This document shows positions 14,774 to 24,338 of a DNA stretch of 64,000 bases, piece by piece. Position 1 is the first letter of the stretch. Each line of letters opens with the position of its first letter. The notes under the pieces were generated by a model. The model saw only the letters and a program-made list of their open reading frames with translations, was not told the DNA's origin and did no database searches. Source of the DNA: Patescibacteria group bacterium (GTDB lineage Bacteria; Patescibacteriota; Patescibacteriia; CAIXNZ01). The position numbers and the translations under genes are program-made. Where the stretch lies: positions 27,932 through 91,931 of the forward strand of contig JBAZJU010000001.1 of assembly GCA_041651155.1 (NCBI GenBank), given 5' to 3'.

Positions 14774-17443
14774 ATGAAAAAGTTAGTGACAATCGCGGTT
14801 ATGGTTCTGGTGGCTATGCTTTCACAAGAGGCTTTGGCTCACCAGATGTATATCAAGCAAAACCCGACAAACCAGATGGGTATTGAATTTGGCGTGGACA
14901 ACGCGACCGGCTTTGTACGTTGGCGCGCTTATGTCAAAGGCTGGACCAATAACAGCCAAGGCTTAAATTCCGGCTGGCAATCAGCCAATGGCTGGTGGTA
15001 TTATGACATCTCTTCGTTAACCCAAAGAGTCATGTGGCGTTTGGATGGTTTGACCAACCAAAAGTTTACAATTACTTACTGGGTATTTAAAAGCGATGGC
15101 ACTTGGGAATATGGTCCGCAAGTGGAAGTGATCTCAGACCAGATCCTGCCAACTGCCTTATTTGCCAGTCCTACCAATGGCCAGACTTTCACAACCAACC
15201 AGTTCAATATCTCAGTTAGCTCAAATGACAGCTTAAGTGGCGTGGCAGCGATCAGGATTTACGCTGTGGTACCCAGCGGCTTTAGTTTGAGCGGCTGGAC
15301 GCCTTCAGGTTTAGCTAACCAGTTTTACAAAGAATTTGGCCCATCTTCAATTAACTACAATTTTGTAGCTCCAAGTCCGGGCGCATATACCTTTACTCTC
15401 TGGGTCAAGGATAATGCCGGCAATATTGCCTATGAACCTGGTGGTCCAATTACAGTAAATGTAAATCAAGAAAATCCTCCGCCTCAGCCTACTCCGCCGA
15501 TCGCACCCAGCAATTTACAGCTCACAGCCAATGGCCAGGCAATTACTTTAACTTGGCAGGACAATTCCAGCGATGAAGAAGGTTTTGGCTTGTACAAAAA
15601 TAGCCAGTTTGTAAAAAATTTTACAGCCAATACCACTACTTATGCAGACTCTGGACTGCAATATGGCCAAAGCTACTGCTACAATGTTTATGCTTTCAAG
15701 GCTGGCTTAAATAGTTCTGGCATTGAAAGCTGCTTAACGCTGACAGCGCCGCCAAGCACAGACTATCACTATGCTGACAGCTTTACTTATCCATTAGCCT
15801 GCGACAAAATTTACAGAATTGAAAAAGATACGGAAATCCCAACTGGCGCCTGCTTTGATTATCAGCCTTATGGTTCACTTTTTGCCTACCTGGATAAAAT
15901 TCATCAGGGAGATGATCTGAACCTTAAAGGCATTAATGATTTAGGCAAACCAGTTTATGCGATTGCTAATGCTCTTGTTTGGGACTATGGCTGGACAAGC
16001 GGCTGGGGCAATTATCTGATTTTGCGCATTCAGGCCAACCCAGGACAATTTTTTTTCCTGACAGATAGCACAAAAGTTACAGAGATTTATGTGCTTTACG
16101 GCCATTTGGATGAAATTCAGATCATCAAAGATACAGGCGCTGTGATTGAAAAAGCCAGCATTGTGAAACAAGGGACTTATGTGGCCAAAGGCTGGCAGAT
16201 CGGCACAGTCGGCGACGGCAATGGCAATTTTAGCCCGCATTTGCATTTTGAAATCAGGATTAATGGCTACAGCCAGCTTGGCAATGGTTATTGGCCAGTT
16301 TCTGATCTAACCTATTTAAGCTATTTCGTGGATCCACTGGAATTCATTGAAAATAATGAGTCATTGGCCAAACCAGCTTTGCGTGTTTCTGTGCATGGCT
16401 ATGATATGCAGACATCCCGCAAAGTTAATGTGGCGCTAAACCAAAATTATTGGCACAGGCAGGGACGTGAAAGCGATGGTTTGCCCTTGGCTGCTGTTGG
16501 CTGGGCAAATCATATCTGGCTGACCAGCTCAACAAATGACACAACAGCTTCCTGGAATTTCTACGTGCCGCAAAACGGCGCTTACTCAGTTTACGTTATT
16601 GTGCCGCGTTATTATGGCCAGGCCAGCGGAGTAAGTTACAAAGTCTGGCATAGCAGCCAAAATACAGCCAATCCTTATGTGGCAAAGATAAACCAGGCAA
16701 ACAGCGATGTAAATAATAAGGTTTATCTTGGCACATTTGATTATTATCAGAATAATCAATATTCGGTAGATCTGCTGAGTAAGACTGCTGATAATCCAGC
16801 GAAAAATGTAGCTCTGGATTCAATCGTGCTTACCTATGAAGGTGATCTTGGCACTGGCGGAGGAACTGTTCCGCCGACTGATCCGCCAAGCAGTACAGAG
16901 CCGTTAACGATTAATTCTTCCGGCACACTGACCTTGCGATACTCTGGCACCTACTCAGCGCCGGTATTATACTGCTATGGCTCGGGAATGCCAGGCAGTA
17001 CGCCCATATTTTCCGGAGGAATTAAAGAAAAAACAATTAATGTCAGCCAATCCGGCAGGGTCTATTGCAACATTGAATTTGAAGACGGCCAGTGGCTGGG
17101 CAATTATCAGGGCATTATGCCAAATCAACATCTGTACGTTGAAGACCAGGAAATTACCTATTTTGAAGATAATGGCCAGGGCGGTAGCAATCTGATTTTT
17201 GACCTGGTTGTTAATGGCGATCCTGGAGATTCTCCGCCTGATGTTGATGATCCATCGGGAACCATAAATTTCAGCGGCACGATTAATGTCCCCGGGCTCG
17301 ATCAGTCCGCTATTAAAGGGGCAATCGGCTGTCAAATCAACAGGGGTGGGCAAGTCTTTAACTTCACAACCCTAATTAATCTGCTCGTTCTTTTCTCTCC
17401 GCTCCTTTTCCTTGTGATGCGCCGGCAAAAAAAATCTGCTTAG
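14774..17443 (+). CDS. secreted multidomain protein: signal peptide, fibronectin type III domain, M23 (LytM-type) metallopeptidase domain, C-terminal hydrophobic anchor
   Basis: Signal peptide MKKLVTIAVMVLVAMLSQEALA. FN3-like segment LQLTANGQAITLTWQDNSSDEEGFGLYKN...YCYNVYAF. M23 motifs YGHLDEI and PHLHFEI. C-terminus ends ...LLVLFSPLLFLVMRRQKKSA. Confidence 0.75.
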   Translation: MKKLVTIAVMVLVAMLSQEALAHQMYIKQNPTNQMGIEFGVDNATGFVRWRAYVKGWTNNSQGLNSGWQSANGWWYYDISSLTQRVMWRLDGLTNQKFTITYWVFKSDGTWEYGPQVEVISDQILPTALFASPTNGQTFTTNQFNISVSSNDSLSGVAAIRIYAVVPSGFSLSGWTPSGLANQFYKEFGPSSINYNFVAPSPGAYTFTLWVKDNAGNIAYEPGGPITVNVNQENPPPQPTPPIAPSNLQLTANGQAITLTWQDNSSDEEGFGLYKNSQFVKNFTANTTTYADSGLQYGQSYCYNVYAFKAGLNSSGIESCLTLTAPPSTDYHYADSFTYPLACDKIYRIEKDTEIPTGACFDYQPYGSLFAYLDKIHQGDDLNLKGINDLGKPVYAIANALVWDYGWTSGWGNYLILRIQANPGQFFFLTDSTKVTEIYVLYGHLDEIQIIKDTGAVIEKASIVKQGTYVAKGWQIGTVGDGNGNFSPHLHFEIRINGYSQLGNGYWPVSDLTYLSYFVDPLEFIENNESLAKPALRVSVHGYDMQTSRKVNVALNQNYWHRQGRESDGLPLAAVGWANHIWLTSSTNDTTASWNFYVPQNGAYSVYVIVPRYYGQASGVSYKVWHSSQNTANPYVAKINQANSDVNNKVYLGTFDYYQNNQYSVDLLSKTADNPAKNVALDSIVLTYEGDLGTGGGTVPPTDPPSSTEPLTINSSGTLTLRYSGTYSAPVLYCYGSGMPGSTPIFSGGIKEKTINVSQSGRVYCNIEFEDGQWLGNYQGIMPNQHLYVEDQEITYFEDNGQGGSNLIFDLVVNGDPGDSPPDVDDPSGTINFSGTINVPGLDQSAIKGAIGCQINRGGQVFNFTTLINLLVLFSPLLFLVMRRQKKSA

Positions 17444-17451
17444 GCGCAATT

Positions 17452-17492
17452 GCCCCGGATCAAAAAATGGTCCGGGGCTTCTTTCTTTTCCA
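17452..17492 (+). terminator. rho-independent terminator
   Basis: GCCCCGGA tcaaaaaatgg TCCGGGGC followed by TTCTTTCTTTT. Confidence 0.6.
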
Positions 17493-17669
17493 CAATAAGA
17501 TTGATCAGTATTTACAAATTAATAACAGTTTATTTTGTATAAGATTAGTCATTTTTTTAACTTAGTGTTAGCAAATTATAACACTTTTTAAAAGCAGGAG
17601 AGCTTGTTTTAATATATATTATAATTTACTATTAAGATAATAAACTAAAAAATTAATTTTAGAAAAATT

Positions 17670-18398
17670 ATGAAAAAATTACTCCTTATTATTCCGGTTT
17701 TGGCCTTATTGATTTTCCTTTCAGCCTGCAATCTAAAAGTCAATCTCAATTCCAATCTTAACCAAAGCACTGTTAAAATTGAGCCGAATGCAAACCAGAA
17801 TGCCAATGAAAATGTAAATCAAAATATTAATGTAGCGCCGATAGTCAACACAGAATATGTGGTGACAGCTAATCCTGAAAAAATGGTTACAGAAATAAAA
17901 AGCGGGGAAGTGACTTTAAAAGATTTTAAAGCATTGTGCGGCAATGAAGTCATGGTTTATGCTGAACCTAAAAATGGCTTTATAATTTTTCAGGCTTTTA
18001 ATCCTGGTTCTGATAAGCCAATTTCCAGTTTGTATTTGTTAGATTTGAGTTCCAAGGGCTGTAAAAAATTAGACGTGTCTAAAGAATTGTCTGATTTCGG
18101 CGCTTTGATTTTATCACCTGACCAGACAAAGCTGGCAGTGGCTTTAGAAACCAATGAAGCTAAAGAATTAAAAGTTTTGGATTTAATAAATGATACGGCA
18201 AAAGCTTTAGTCACCTTGCCTGAAGGCGAGACTTTAAACGGTGGTTATGGCGCCTTATCAAATCATTTTGATATAAAGTGGCTTGATGACAAAACGATTC
18301 AATATACTGTTTATGAAGATACAGTGAAAAATTATGCCAAGGAAGCGTCAGAAAAGATAGAAAAAGTTTTGCAGGTCAGGGTAGTGAAAGTTGAATAA
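17670..18398 (+). CDS. putative lipoprotein, Asn-rich N-terminal region
   Basis: Signal peptide with lipobox LIFLSAC. No catalytic motifs. Confidence 0.5.
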   Translation: MKKLLLIIPVLALLIFLSACNLKVNLNSNLNQSTVKIEPNANQNANENVNQNINVAPIVNTEYVVTANPEKMVTEIKSGEVTLKDFKALCGNEVMVYAEPKNGFIIFQAFNPGSDKPISSLYLLDLSSKGCKKLDVSKELSDFGALILSPDQTKLAVALETNEAKELKVLDLINDTAKALVTLPEGETLNGGYGALSNHFDIKWLDDKTIQYTVYEDTVKNYAKEASEKIEKVLQVRVVKVE

Positions 18399-18449
18399 AA
18401 AAATTAAATAAAAAAACGGTCCAATTTTCTTCGGGCCGTTTTTTATATA

Positions 18450-19754
18450 TTAATCAATTTTTTTAATATCAGCGCCCAAGGAAGAATTTAATCTGTCAGC
18501 AATATTTTCATAACCGCGGTCAATCGGATAAGAATTTCGTAAAATAGATTCGCCTTTAGCTGCCAACATGCAAATGAGCAAGTTAATTGATGGCCTCAGG
18601 GCTGGCGGGCAAATAACTTCAGCTGGTAAAAGTTCTGTTGGGCCAGTAACTAAAATGCGATGAGGATCAAGCAGAGTAATATTGGCGCCCATGCGCTTTA
18701 ATTCAATCGCATAAATCAAACGGTCTTCATAAACCCAGTCATGGACCAGGGTTTGTCCCTCGGCTTGGGTTAGAATGGGAATAAATATTGGCAGATTATC
18801 AATATTTAAACCAGGATAAGGTTGCGGATGGATTTTATCTGGTAAGGCAGTCAGTTTGGACGGAAAGATTTCAATATCAACTAAATCAAAAAATCCATTT
18901 TTAGATTTATAAATCTGGCTTAATTCAAATTTTTGGCCCATCACTCGTAATTTTTCTAATTCCAGACTCAGAAAATCAATGGGGCAATTGGTTATTTTAA
19001 AATTTGACTTAGTGGTAATGGCAATGGCCATAAAAGCCATGGCTTCAATCGGATCAGGCATGATTGGATAATCTGTCACTGGATTTAATTTCTCTACGCC
19101 CGTGATGGTTAGTTTTTTTGTGCCAATGCCGGAAATATTGGCGCCAGCCTGGTTTAGAAAATGACATAAGTCCTGGACCATGTAATTGGCAGAAGCAAAA
19201 TTAATTTCTGTTGTGCCAGGAATTAAGCAGGCTGCCATAATTGTATTTTCAGTGGCTGTATCGCCTGATTCATACATGGTAAATGAAGCAGCCTGGCGAT
19301 GTTTAGAATTAATTTGATATTCGCCATCTGATTCTTTTACTTCAATTTTTAAATGGTCAAAAGCAATTAAATATGGATTAACTGTTCTTTTGCCAAGTTT
19401 GCAGCCGCCTGCTTTGGGCATGGAAAATTTTTCCAGTTGGCTAGATAAAGCACCCATTAATAGCAGGGCAGAACGTGTTTTACAAAATGATTCTTTGTTG
19501 ATTTTTTCTGGCAGTAGATTGCCATTATTGGTTATTTCTAAACTATGTTCATTCAGCCATTTTATTTCTAAGCCAAGTGAAGTCAGGATTTCAATAATTC
19601 TTTTAACCTCTTCAATGGCCGGCACATCAATTAAAGTTGTTTTGCCTGGGATCATGGCTGTGGCGCACAAAATCGCTACGGCTGAATTTTTCGCCGAGTT
19701 GGTCTTGATTTCACCTTGTAATTTTTTTCCGCCGTTGACTAAGAATGTAGACAT
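18450..19754 (-). CDS. murA: UDP-N-acetylglucosamine 1-carboxyvinyltransferase
   Basis: 434 aa. N-terminus LVNGGKKLQGEIKTNSAKNSAVAILCATAMIPGKTTLIDVPAIEEV is the MurA/EPT-family signature. Confidence 0.85.
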   Translation of the reverse strand: MSTFLVNGGKKLQGEIKTNSAKNSAVAILCATAMIPGKTTLIDVPAIEEVKRIIEILTSLGLEIKWLNEHSLEITNNGNLLPEKINKESFCKTRSALLLMGALSSQLEKFSMPKAGGCKLGKRTVNPYLIAFDHLKIEVKESDGEYQINSKHRQAASFTMYESGDTATENTIMAACLIPGTTEINFASANYMVQDLCHFLNQAGANISGIGTKKLTITGVEKLNPVTDYPIMPDPIEAMAFMAIAITTKSNFKITNCPIDFLSLELEKLRVMGQKFELSQIYKSKNGFFDLVDIEIFPSKLTALPDKIHPQPYPGLNIDNLPIFIPILTQAEGQTLVHDWVYEDRLIYAIELKRMGANITLLDPHRILVTGPTELLPAEVICPPALRPSINLLICMLAAKGESILRNSYPIDRGYENIADRLNSSLGADIKKID

Positions 19755-19824
19755 AATAAAAGTTTAAGATAAAATTATTGTAGCTTATTTTGGGAGTTTT
19801 GGCAATCGTGATAATTGGTTGAGG

Positions 19825-19854
19825 CCGCCGCCCCGACGTACGTCGGGGCGGCGG
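19825..19854. repeat. 30-bp perfect GC-rich palindrome CCGCCGCCCCGACGT|ACGTCGGGGCGGCGG
   Basis: Exact reverse-complement symmetry. Lies in the divergent region between murA and the 19934 gene, in an AT-rich context. Confidence 0.6.
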
Positions 19855-19933
19855 TCACTTTAAATTTGTAATTTTTTTTATGACATGATAAGTTAAATAA
19901 AATCAGAACTTTATATTTCAAAAGGAGGAAGGG

Positions 19934-20404
19934 ATGAAAAAAAATAATTTTTGGCTTGTTTTGGTTCTGTTAGCTGCAGTAGCAATCGGTCTGGGGTTGA
20001 GTGTTCTTAGGGAGCATTACGTACAATATAAGTACCACCAGCAATATTGCGAAGAGTTGTTGGATAGCTCAGCCCCTAACACTGGTTATCCAAAAAACTA
20101 TAGTGCCATGCGCCAGTATTATCACTGCGTACTGTCGCTTAATGAAGATGTGAATTGCTATCAAAAATACCGTCAGGAAATAATCGATTGTCAGCAATCG
20201 AGCAAAGAAAAGATGTCAGAGGAAGAAATAAAACGCCATTTAGCTGGCGGAGCCATTGAAGAAATTTGTCAGGACACTGCAAAATTATGCACCGAGAGCC
20301 AAAAGGAATTTACCGGTGATGAAGATTTAAAAAAAGCAATGCTAATACTTTGCATAGAAAAGACCAGGAAAGCCTGCACTGACCTAGGCATTGAATGGAA
20401 ATAA
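19934..20404 (+). CDS. small secreted/membrane-anchored Cys-rich protein, family copy A
   Basis: 156 aa. N-terminal TM or signal segment with 8 Cys. The C-terminal half is near-identical to 26056..26520. Confidence 0.5.
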   Translation: MKKNNFWLVLVLLAAVAIGLGLSVLREHYVQYKYHQQYCEELLDSSAPNTGYPKNYSAMRQYYHCVLSLNEDVNCYQKYRQEIIDCQQSSKEKMSEEEIKRHLAGGAIEEICQDTAKLCTESQKEFTGDEDLKKAMLILCIEKTRKACTDLGIEWK

Positions 20405-20444
20405 AAATAGCCCCGTTATAACAAACGGGGCTTAATTTTTTTGA

Positions 20445-21179
20445 TTAGTTGAATTTAATCTTGTCGCGATATTTTGGATCTATGCTTTCCCGGAAAACCT
20501 TGGGAAAATATGGTTTTAGCTTCTGGTAAAAAGAAACGTCCGTTTTCATTAAATCCTCAAATGTTGCCAGGGAGGTTGCTGTTTTAAGGTCAACGTGGAA
20601 AAGCTCCATTAATTGGCAAACATTAGGATTAGTCTGCTTTAAAAAATTATTTTTTTGAGCAAAAGATGTTTCTGCCAACTTAGCGCCATCTTCGTCAAGG
20701 TAAACAATCTTCGTGCCTTCTTCTAATGAGATTGTTTTCTCTTTTTCAGGACTGATTTTAATGTCATGGTAAATATGATAGTGCTCATGGACTAGTACGC
20801 ACCAGAGTTCTTCCTGTCTAGCCGTTTGAAAAGATCTGAGGCTGATTTCCAGAGTTTTATTTTTAGGATCATATTTTGCTGGTACTTTCATTACTCCGGT
20901 AATAATGCCCAAAGTTAATTGGTTGTTATTGAGCAGATCATAATAGTCAGCTTTGACTTTTGCATCAGGCAAAGTATCCAGAGCATGGTAAAAAGGCTCG
21001 CTGGCCGCTTCCATCTGACTTTGATTATGGGAGAGATAGATTATGCCCCCAAAAATAATAACAATAATGGGAATAGACACATAGAAAATTTTGTTGCTTT
21101 TTGTCTGGCAACTGCAATTTTTGATTTTTTGCCTGCATTTGGGACACTTGTTGTTTGGTGATTTTTTCACTTTAATCAC
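20445..21179 (-). CDS. membrane-anchored putative zinc metallopeptidase (N-terminal zinc ribbon, TM, HExxH motif)
   Basis: 244 aa. Contains CPKCRQKIKNCSC, a TM segment, and VLVHEHYHIYHD (HExxH). Confidence 0.5.
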   Translation of the reverse strand: MIKVKKSPNNKCPKCRQKIKNCSCQTKSNKIFYVSIPIIVIIFGGIIYLSHNQSQMEAASEPFYHALDTLPDAKVKADYYDLLNNNQLTLGIITGVMKVPAKYDPKNKTLEISLRSFQTARQEELWCVLVHEHYHIYHDIKISPEKEKTISLEEGTKIVYLDEDGAKLAETSFAQKNNFLKQTNPNVCQLMELFHVDLKTATSLATFEDLMKTDVSFYQKLKPYFPKVFRESIDPKYRDKIKFN

Positions 21180-21284
21180 TCCTTTCTAAATAGATTTTGT
21201 CAAAGGACTTAATAGTCCTAAATGTTTAATATTAGCAATAAAATGAGAAAAAGTCAAGGGTAATGTAATGATATGTAATAATAA

Positions 21285-21317
21285 ATAAATCCCAATCATT
21301 TTTGACTGGGATTTTTT
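21285..21317 (+). promoter_or_regulatory. conserved leader hairpin + U-run (copy 1 of 3) upstream of Cys-rich secreted protein genes
   Basis: aATCCCAatcatttttgacTGGGATttttttt. Near-identical copies at 25933-25963 and 26923-26952. Each lies 90-110 nt upstream of a paralogous gene start. Confidence 0.4.
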
Positions 21318-21396
21318 TATCACACTTGTAAAAATTTTTCATTGATGATATTTTGAAATAAATTAGTTTGAAGGTATTCTTTTAACAAAGGAGGAA

Positions 21397-21831
21397 ATGA
21401 TGGAAAAATTTGCGTCTAAGACAATCTTGGTTCTAATTATTTTAAGCTTGGGAGGATTTATTTTAATTTTTTCTGTAAAAGATTCCCCCCAATTTGACAG
21501 CCAGAAACAAATTAACCAGAAAGTAAATATTCTTTCTGAACAAGAAAAATGTGAGACATCGTTGTCGTCCTTAACCCAAAAAAGACCCTTTTGCCAAGAT
21601 TTGAATTTTTGTCCTGAACCATGCTGGCCAGAACTCAGAGCAGAAATTACTCATTGTTTACAATTAAAAGGGGAATCTGTTAACCCTGAAAAGATCGAAG
21701 GATATTTAAAAAATAATTTTCCACCTGCATGGTTCGCAGAATCAAGAGCAGCTTGTAAAAGTTGGGCTAAAACAGATCAGGAGCTCAAAGACTGTTTGCG
21801 TGGCTATGAGCAAACTTGTTCAAAAAAATAG
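21397..21831 (+). CDS. small secreted Cys-rich protein
   Basis: 144 aa. N-terminal TM or signal segment, 9 Cys. RBS AAAGGAGGAAATG. Confidence 0.5.
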   Translation: MMEKFASKTILVLIILSLGGFILIFSVKDSPQFDSQKQINQKVNILSEQEKCETSLSSLTQKRPFCQDLNFCPEPCWPELRAEITHCLQLKGESVNPEKIEGYLKNNFPPAWFAESRAACKSWAKTDQELKDCLRGYEQTCSKK

Positions 21832-21893
21832 TGCTTCTTATTATAAAGAGCCAATACCCCATAAAAATTTGGGGTATTTTTTTATTACAATCA

Positions 21894-21922
21894 TTGACTT
21901 ATTGAAAATTTTGCGCTAAGAT
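21894..21922 (+). promoter_or_regulatory. sigma70-like promoter TTGACT-17 nt-TAAGAT inside a duplicated ~85-nt promoter/RBS module (copy 1)
   Basis: Module 21893-21985 is near-identical to 27503-27595. Confidence 0.45.
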
Positions 21923-21990
21923 TGGATATTAAAATCAAAAAAAATTGACGTACCTTGAAAGGAGGTTAAAAAAGTGAAAAGAAAGGCATA

Positions 21991-22269
21991 GTGCTCGATG
22001 GTTGCAATTGTGCTATCTCGCACATGACCCTGCTTCCAAATGGAACTGTTTATGCGTGCCGACGATTCGATAGTCTGGTTGGCAACATATTTGAACAAAG
22101 CTTTAAGGAAATATTCTTGTCTCCAGAAATGGATAAATATCGCCAGGTGGAGAAACTATCTGGTTGCGCAAAGTGCGACCTCCTGTATTATTGTAGAGGG
22201 TGCCATGCAGTTGCAGCCGGTACAACTGGTGATTTTTTTGACAAAGATCCCCAATGTTGGCGAAGTTAG
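21991..22269 (+). pseudogene. radical-SAM enzyme remnant: SPASM/twitch-domain-only ORF lacking the radical SAM core
   Basis: 92 aa. GCNCAISHM...YACRRFDSLVGNIFEQSF...SGCAKCDLLYYCRGCHAVA matches the C-terminal SPASM Cys pattern. There is no upstream CxxxCxxC core. The upstream GTG at 21975 is followed by a stop. Confidence 0.5.
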
Positions 22270-22332
22270 TATTTAAGCGGTAGCAAAATATAGTGCTATC
22301 GCTTTTTTAACATTTTAGATATAATAAAAAAT

Positions 22333-22935
22333 ATGAAATACAATAATATTTATAAACAAAATCAAAAGGTTTGGGGTCAGGAACCCAATAAGCTCCTGCA
22401 AATGATTTGGCAAAAAGTAAAGCCCAAATCATATTTCTTAGATTTGGGTTGCGGACAGGGGCGGGATTCAGTTTTTATGGCCAAACAAAGATTTAAAGTT
22501 GTGGCTATTGATGAATCTAAAGAGGCAATTGAGCAGTTAAGGGCAAGGGCTGTCAAAGAAAATTTAAAAATTGAAACAATTTGCCAGAGCATTGCGGATT
22601 ATAAAATTGTCAAAGATAAATTTTCAATCATAAATGCCTATAATATTTTTCAATTTTTGGATAAAGGCAAGACAGGGGAGATTATTGATAGCATTAAAAA
22701 AAATTTAAAGCCTGCTGGTTATGCAATAATTTCTGGCTTTACTGTTAGTGATTCCTTATATTTAAAGCAGGAAAATAAATCTAAGGGATATTTTAGCACC
22801 GATGAATTAAGGGAATTATTTAATAATTTTGAAATTATATTTTACTTTGAGGGAGAAATTGTAGATAAAGGACATGCGGGTGCGAATTTAACGCATAAAC
22901 ACAATGTTGTGCGGATAATTGTCAGAAAATTTTAA
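22333..22935 (+). CDS. class I SAM-dependent methyltransferase (TehB/TPMT-like)
   Basis: Motif I FLDLGCGQGRDSVFMA and an acidic motif II VVAIDES. Confidence 0.7.
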   Translation: MKYNNIYKQNQKVWGQEPNKLLQMIWQKVKPKSYFLDLGCGQGRDSVFMAKQRFKVVAIDESKEAIEQLRARAVKENLKIETICQSIADYKIVKDKFSIINAYNIFQFLDKGKTGEIIDSIKKNLKPAGYAIISGFTVSDSLYLKQENKSKGYFSTDELRELFNNFEIIFYFEGEIVDKGHAGANLTHKHNVVRIIVRKF

Positions 22936-22941
22936 TACTAT

Positions 22942-23415
22942 ATGCTAGAAGATATTAGAATAAAATTAGTTACCAAGCTTAATGATTCACAAATAAGACA
23001 ACTTGTTCGTATTTTAAATTATGACAAAAAATTAAATCAGAGTTTAGGTAATAAAAAAAATAAAATTACAGTTAAACAGTTTAAATCTAAAAATAAAGCT
23101 TGGGCAAAAGATAATCAGGCAAAAATGTTTGCCATTATGTATAAAAACCGGGCTATTGGCATGATTTCATTAAGCCATATTAATTTAAAGGATAAAAAGG
23201 CAAATATCGGATATTGGTTAACCAGTAAGCATTGGGGAAAGAGTATTACTACTGAAGCGTTTAAACAAGTATTAGCAATCGCCAAAAGAAATAAAATAAA
23301 ATATGTTTCTTGTACAATAGCTAAAAACAATAAATCCTCTTTGGGTATCTGGCAAACATATCGGGCTAGTATTAAAAGAAATAGAGACAATATAATACCG
23401 CTTATTAAGTTGTGA
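22942..23415 (+). CDS. GNAT-family N-acetyltransferase (RimJ/RimL-like)
   Basis: 157 aa. IGMISLSHINLKDKKANIGYWLTSKHWGKSITTEA has the GNAT fold pattern. Confidence 0.7.
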   Translation: MLEDIRIKLVTKLNDSQIRQLVRILNYDKKLNQSLGNKKNKITVKQFKSKNKAWAKDNQAKMFAIMYKNRAIGMISLSHINLKDKKANIGYWLTSKHWGKSITTEAFKQVLAIAKRNKIKYVSCTIAKNNKSSLGIWQTYRASIKRNRDNIIPLIKL

Positions 23416-23473
23416 ATGTTATTTAATTTTCCATTTTTGGTATCAGGATATATAATATTTACAGTAACGGCTT

Positions 23474-24295
23474 ATGAAAGATAAATTTAATAAAATTTTT
23501 AATAAAAATAAAAACATAGTTATCGGAGCAATTCATTTTCCTCCGCTTTTAGGATATCCTGATTTTCCCGGGTTGGAAATTGCAATAAGTAATGCTTTAA
23601 ATGATTTGAAGACCTTTGAGCAAGGCGGTGTTGACACTGTAATTTTTGAAAATAATTATGATTTGCCGCATAAAGAATTTGTTGAACCAGAAACAGTGGC
23701 AGCTATGACATTTTTAGGCACCAAATTAAAAGCAGCAACTGCATTACCCTTAGGAATTAATGTTTTATGGAATGATTACAAAACTTCCTTGGCCATTGCT
23801 AAAATTTTAGGTTTGAAATTTATACGTGTGCCTGTCTTTGTGGATGAAGTAAAAACCGATTACGGCGTGATTAAAGGCGACCCGCAGACAATTCGCAATT
23901 TTCAGAAATCAATAGGTGCTGATGAAGTAGCTTTATTTACTGACATTCATGTTAAACATGCCGAATTATTATCTAAATTATCCCTCGTTGAATCGGCGAA
24001 ATTAGCGATTGCTAATGGCAGTGATGCCGTTATTGTTACGGGCAAGTGGACTGGCGATGCACCCGATTATGGGGAACTAGAATTATTAAGAAATAATATC
24101 GGCGATTTTCCTTTAATCGCTGGAAGTGGTTGTAATAAAGATAACATTAAGGAAGTTTTTAATTATTGCAATGCTGCAATTGTGAGCACGGCATTAAAAG
24201 AGGGAGAAGTTACAAAAAAGGAGATTAATTTAAAAAATTGGATGCAGAGAATAAGCGAAAATAAAGTAAAAGAGTTTATGAAAGCAATAGTTTAA
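23474..24295 (+). CDS. BtpA/SgcQ-family TIM-barrel protein
   Basis: IVIGAIHFPPLLGYPDFPGL...GGVDTVIFENNYDLPH matches the BtpA family N-terminal signature. Confidence 0.65.
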   Translation: MKDKFNKIFNKNKNIVIGAIHFPPLLGYPDFPGLEIAISNALNDLKTFEQGGVDTVIFENNYDLPHKEFVEPETVAAMTFLGTKLKAATALPLGINVLWNDYKTSLAIAKILGLKFIRVPVFVDEVKTDYGVIKGDPQTIRNFQKSIGADEVALFTDIHVKHAELLSKLSLVESAKLAIANGSDAVIVTGKWTGDAPDYGELELLRNNIGDFPLIAGSGCNKDNIKEVFNYCNAAIVSTALKEGEVTKKEINLKNWMQRISENKVKEFMKAIV

Positions 24296-24338
24296 GAGTA
24301 AGAGAAGATTTATATTAAAAATAAATAATATACACATA

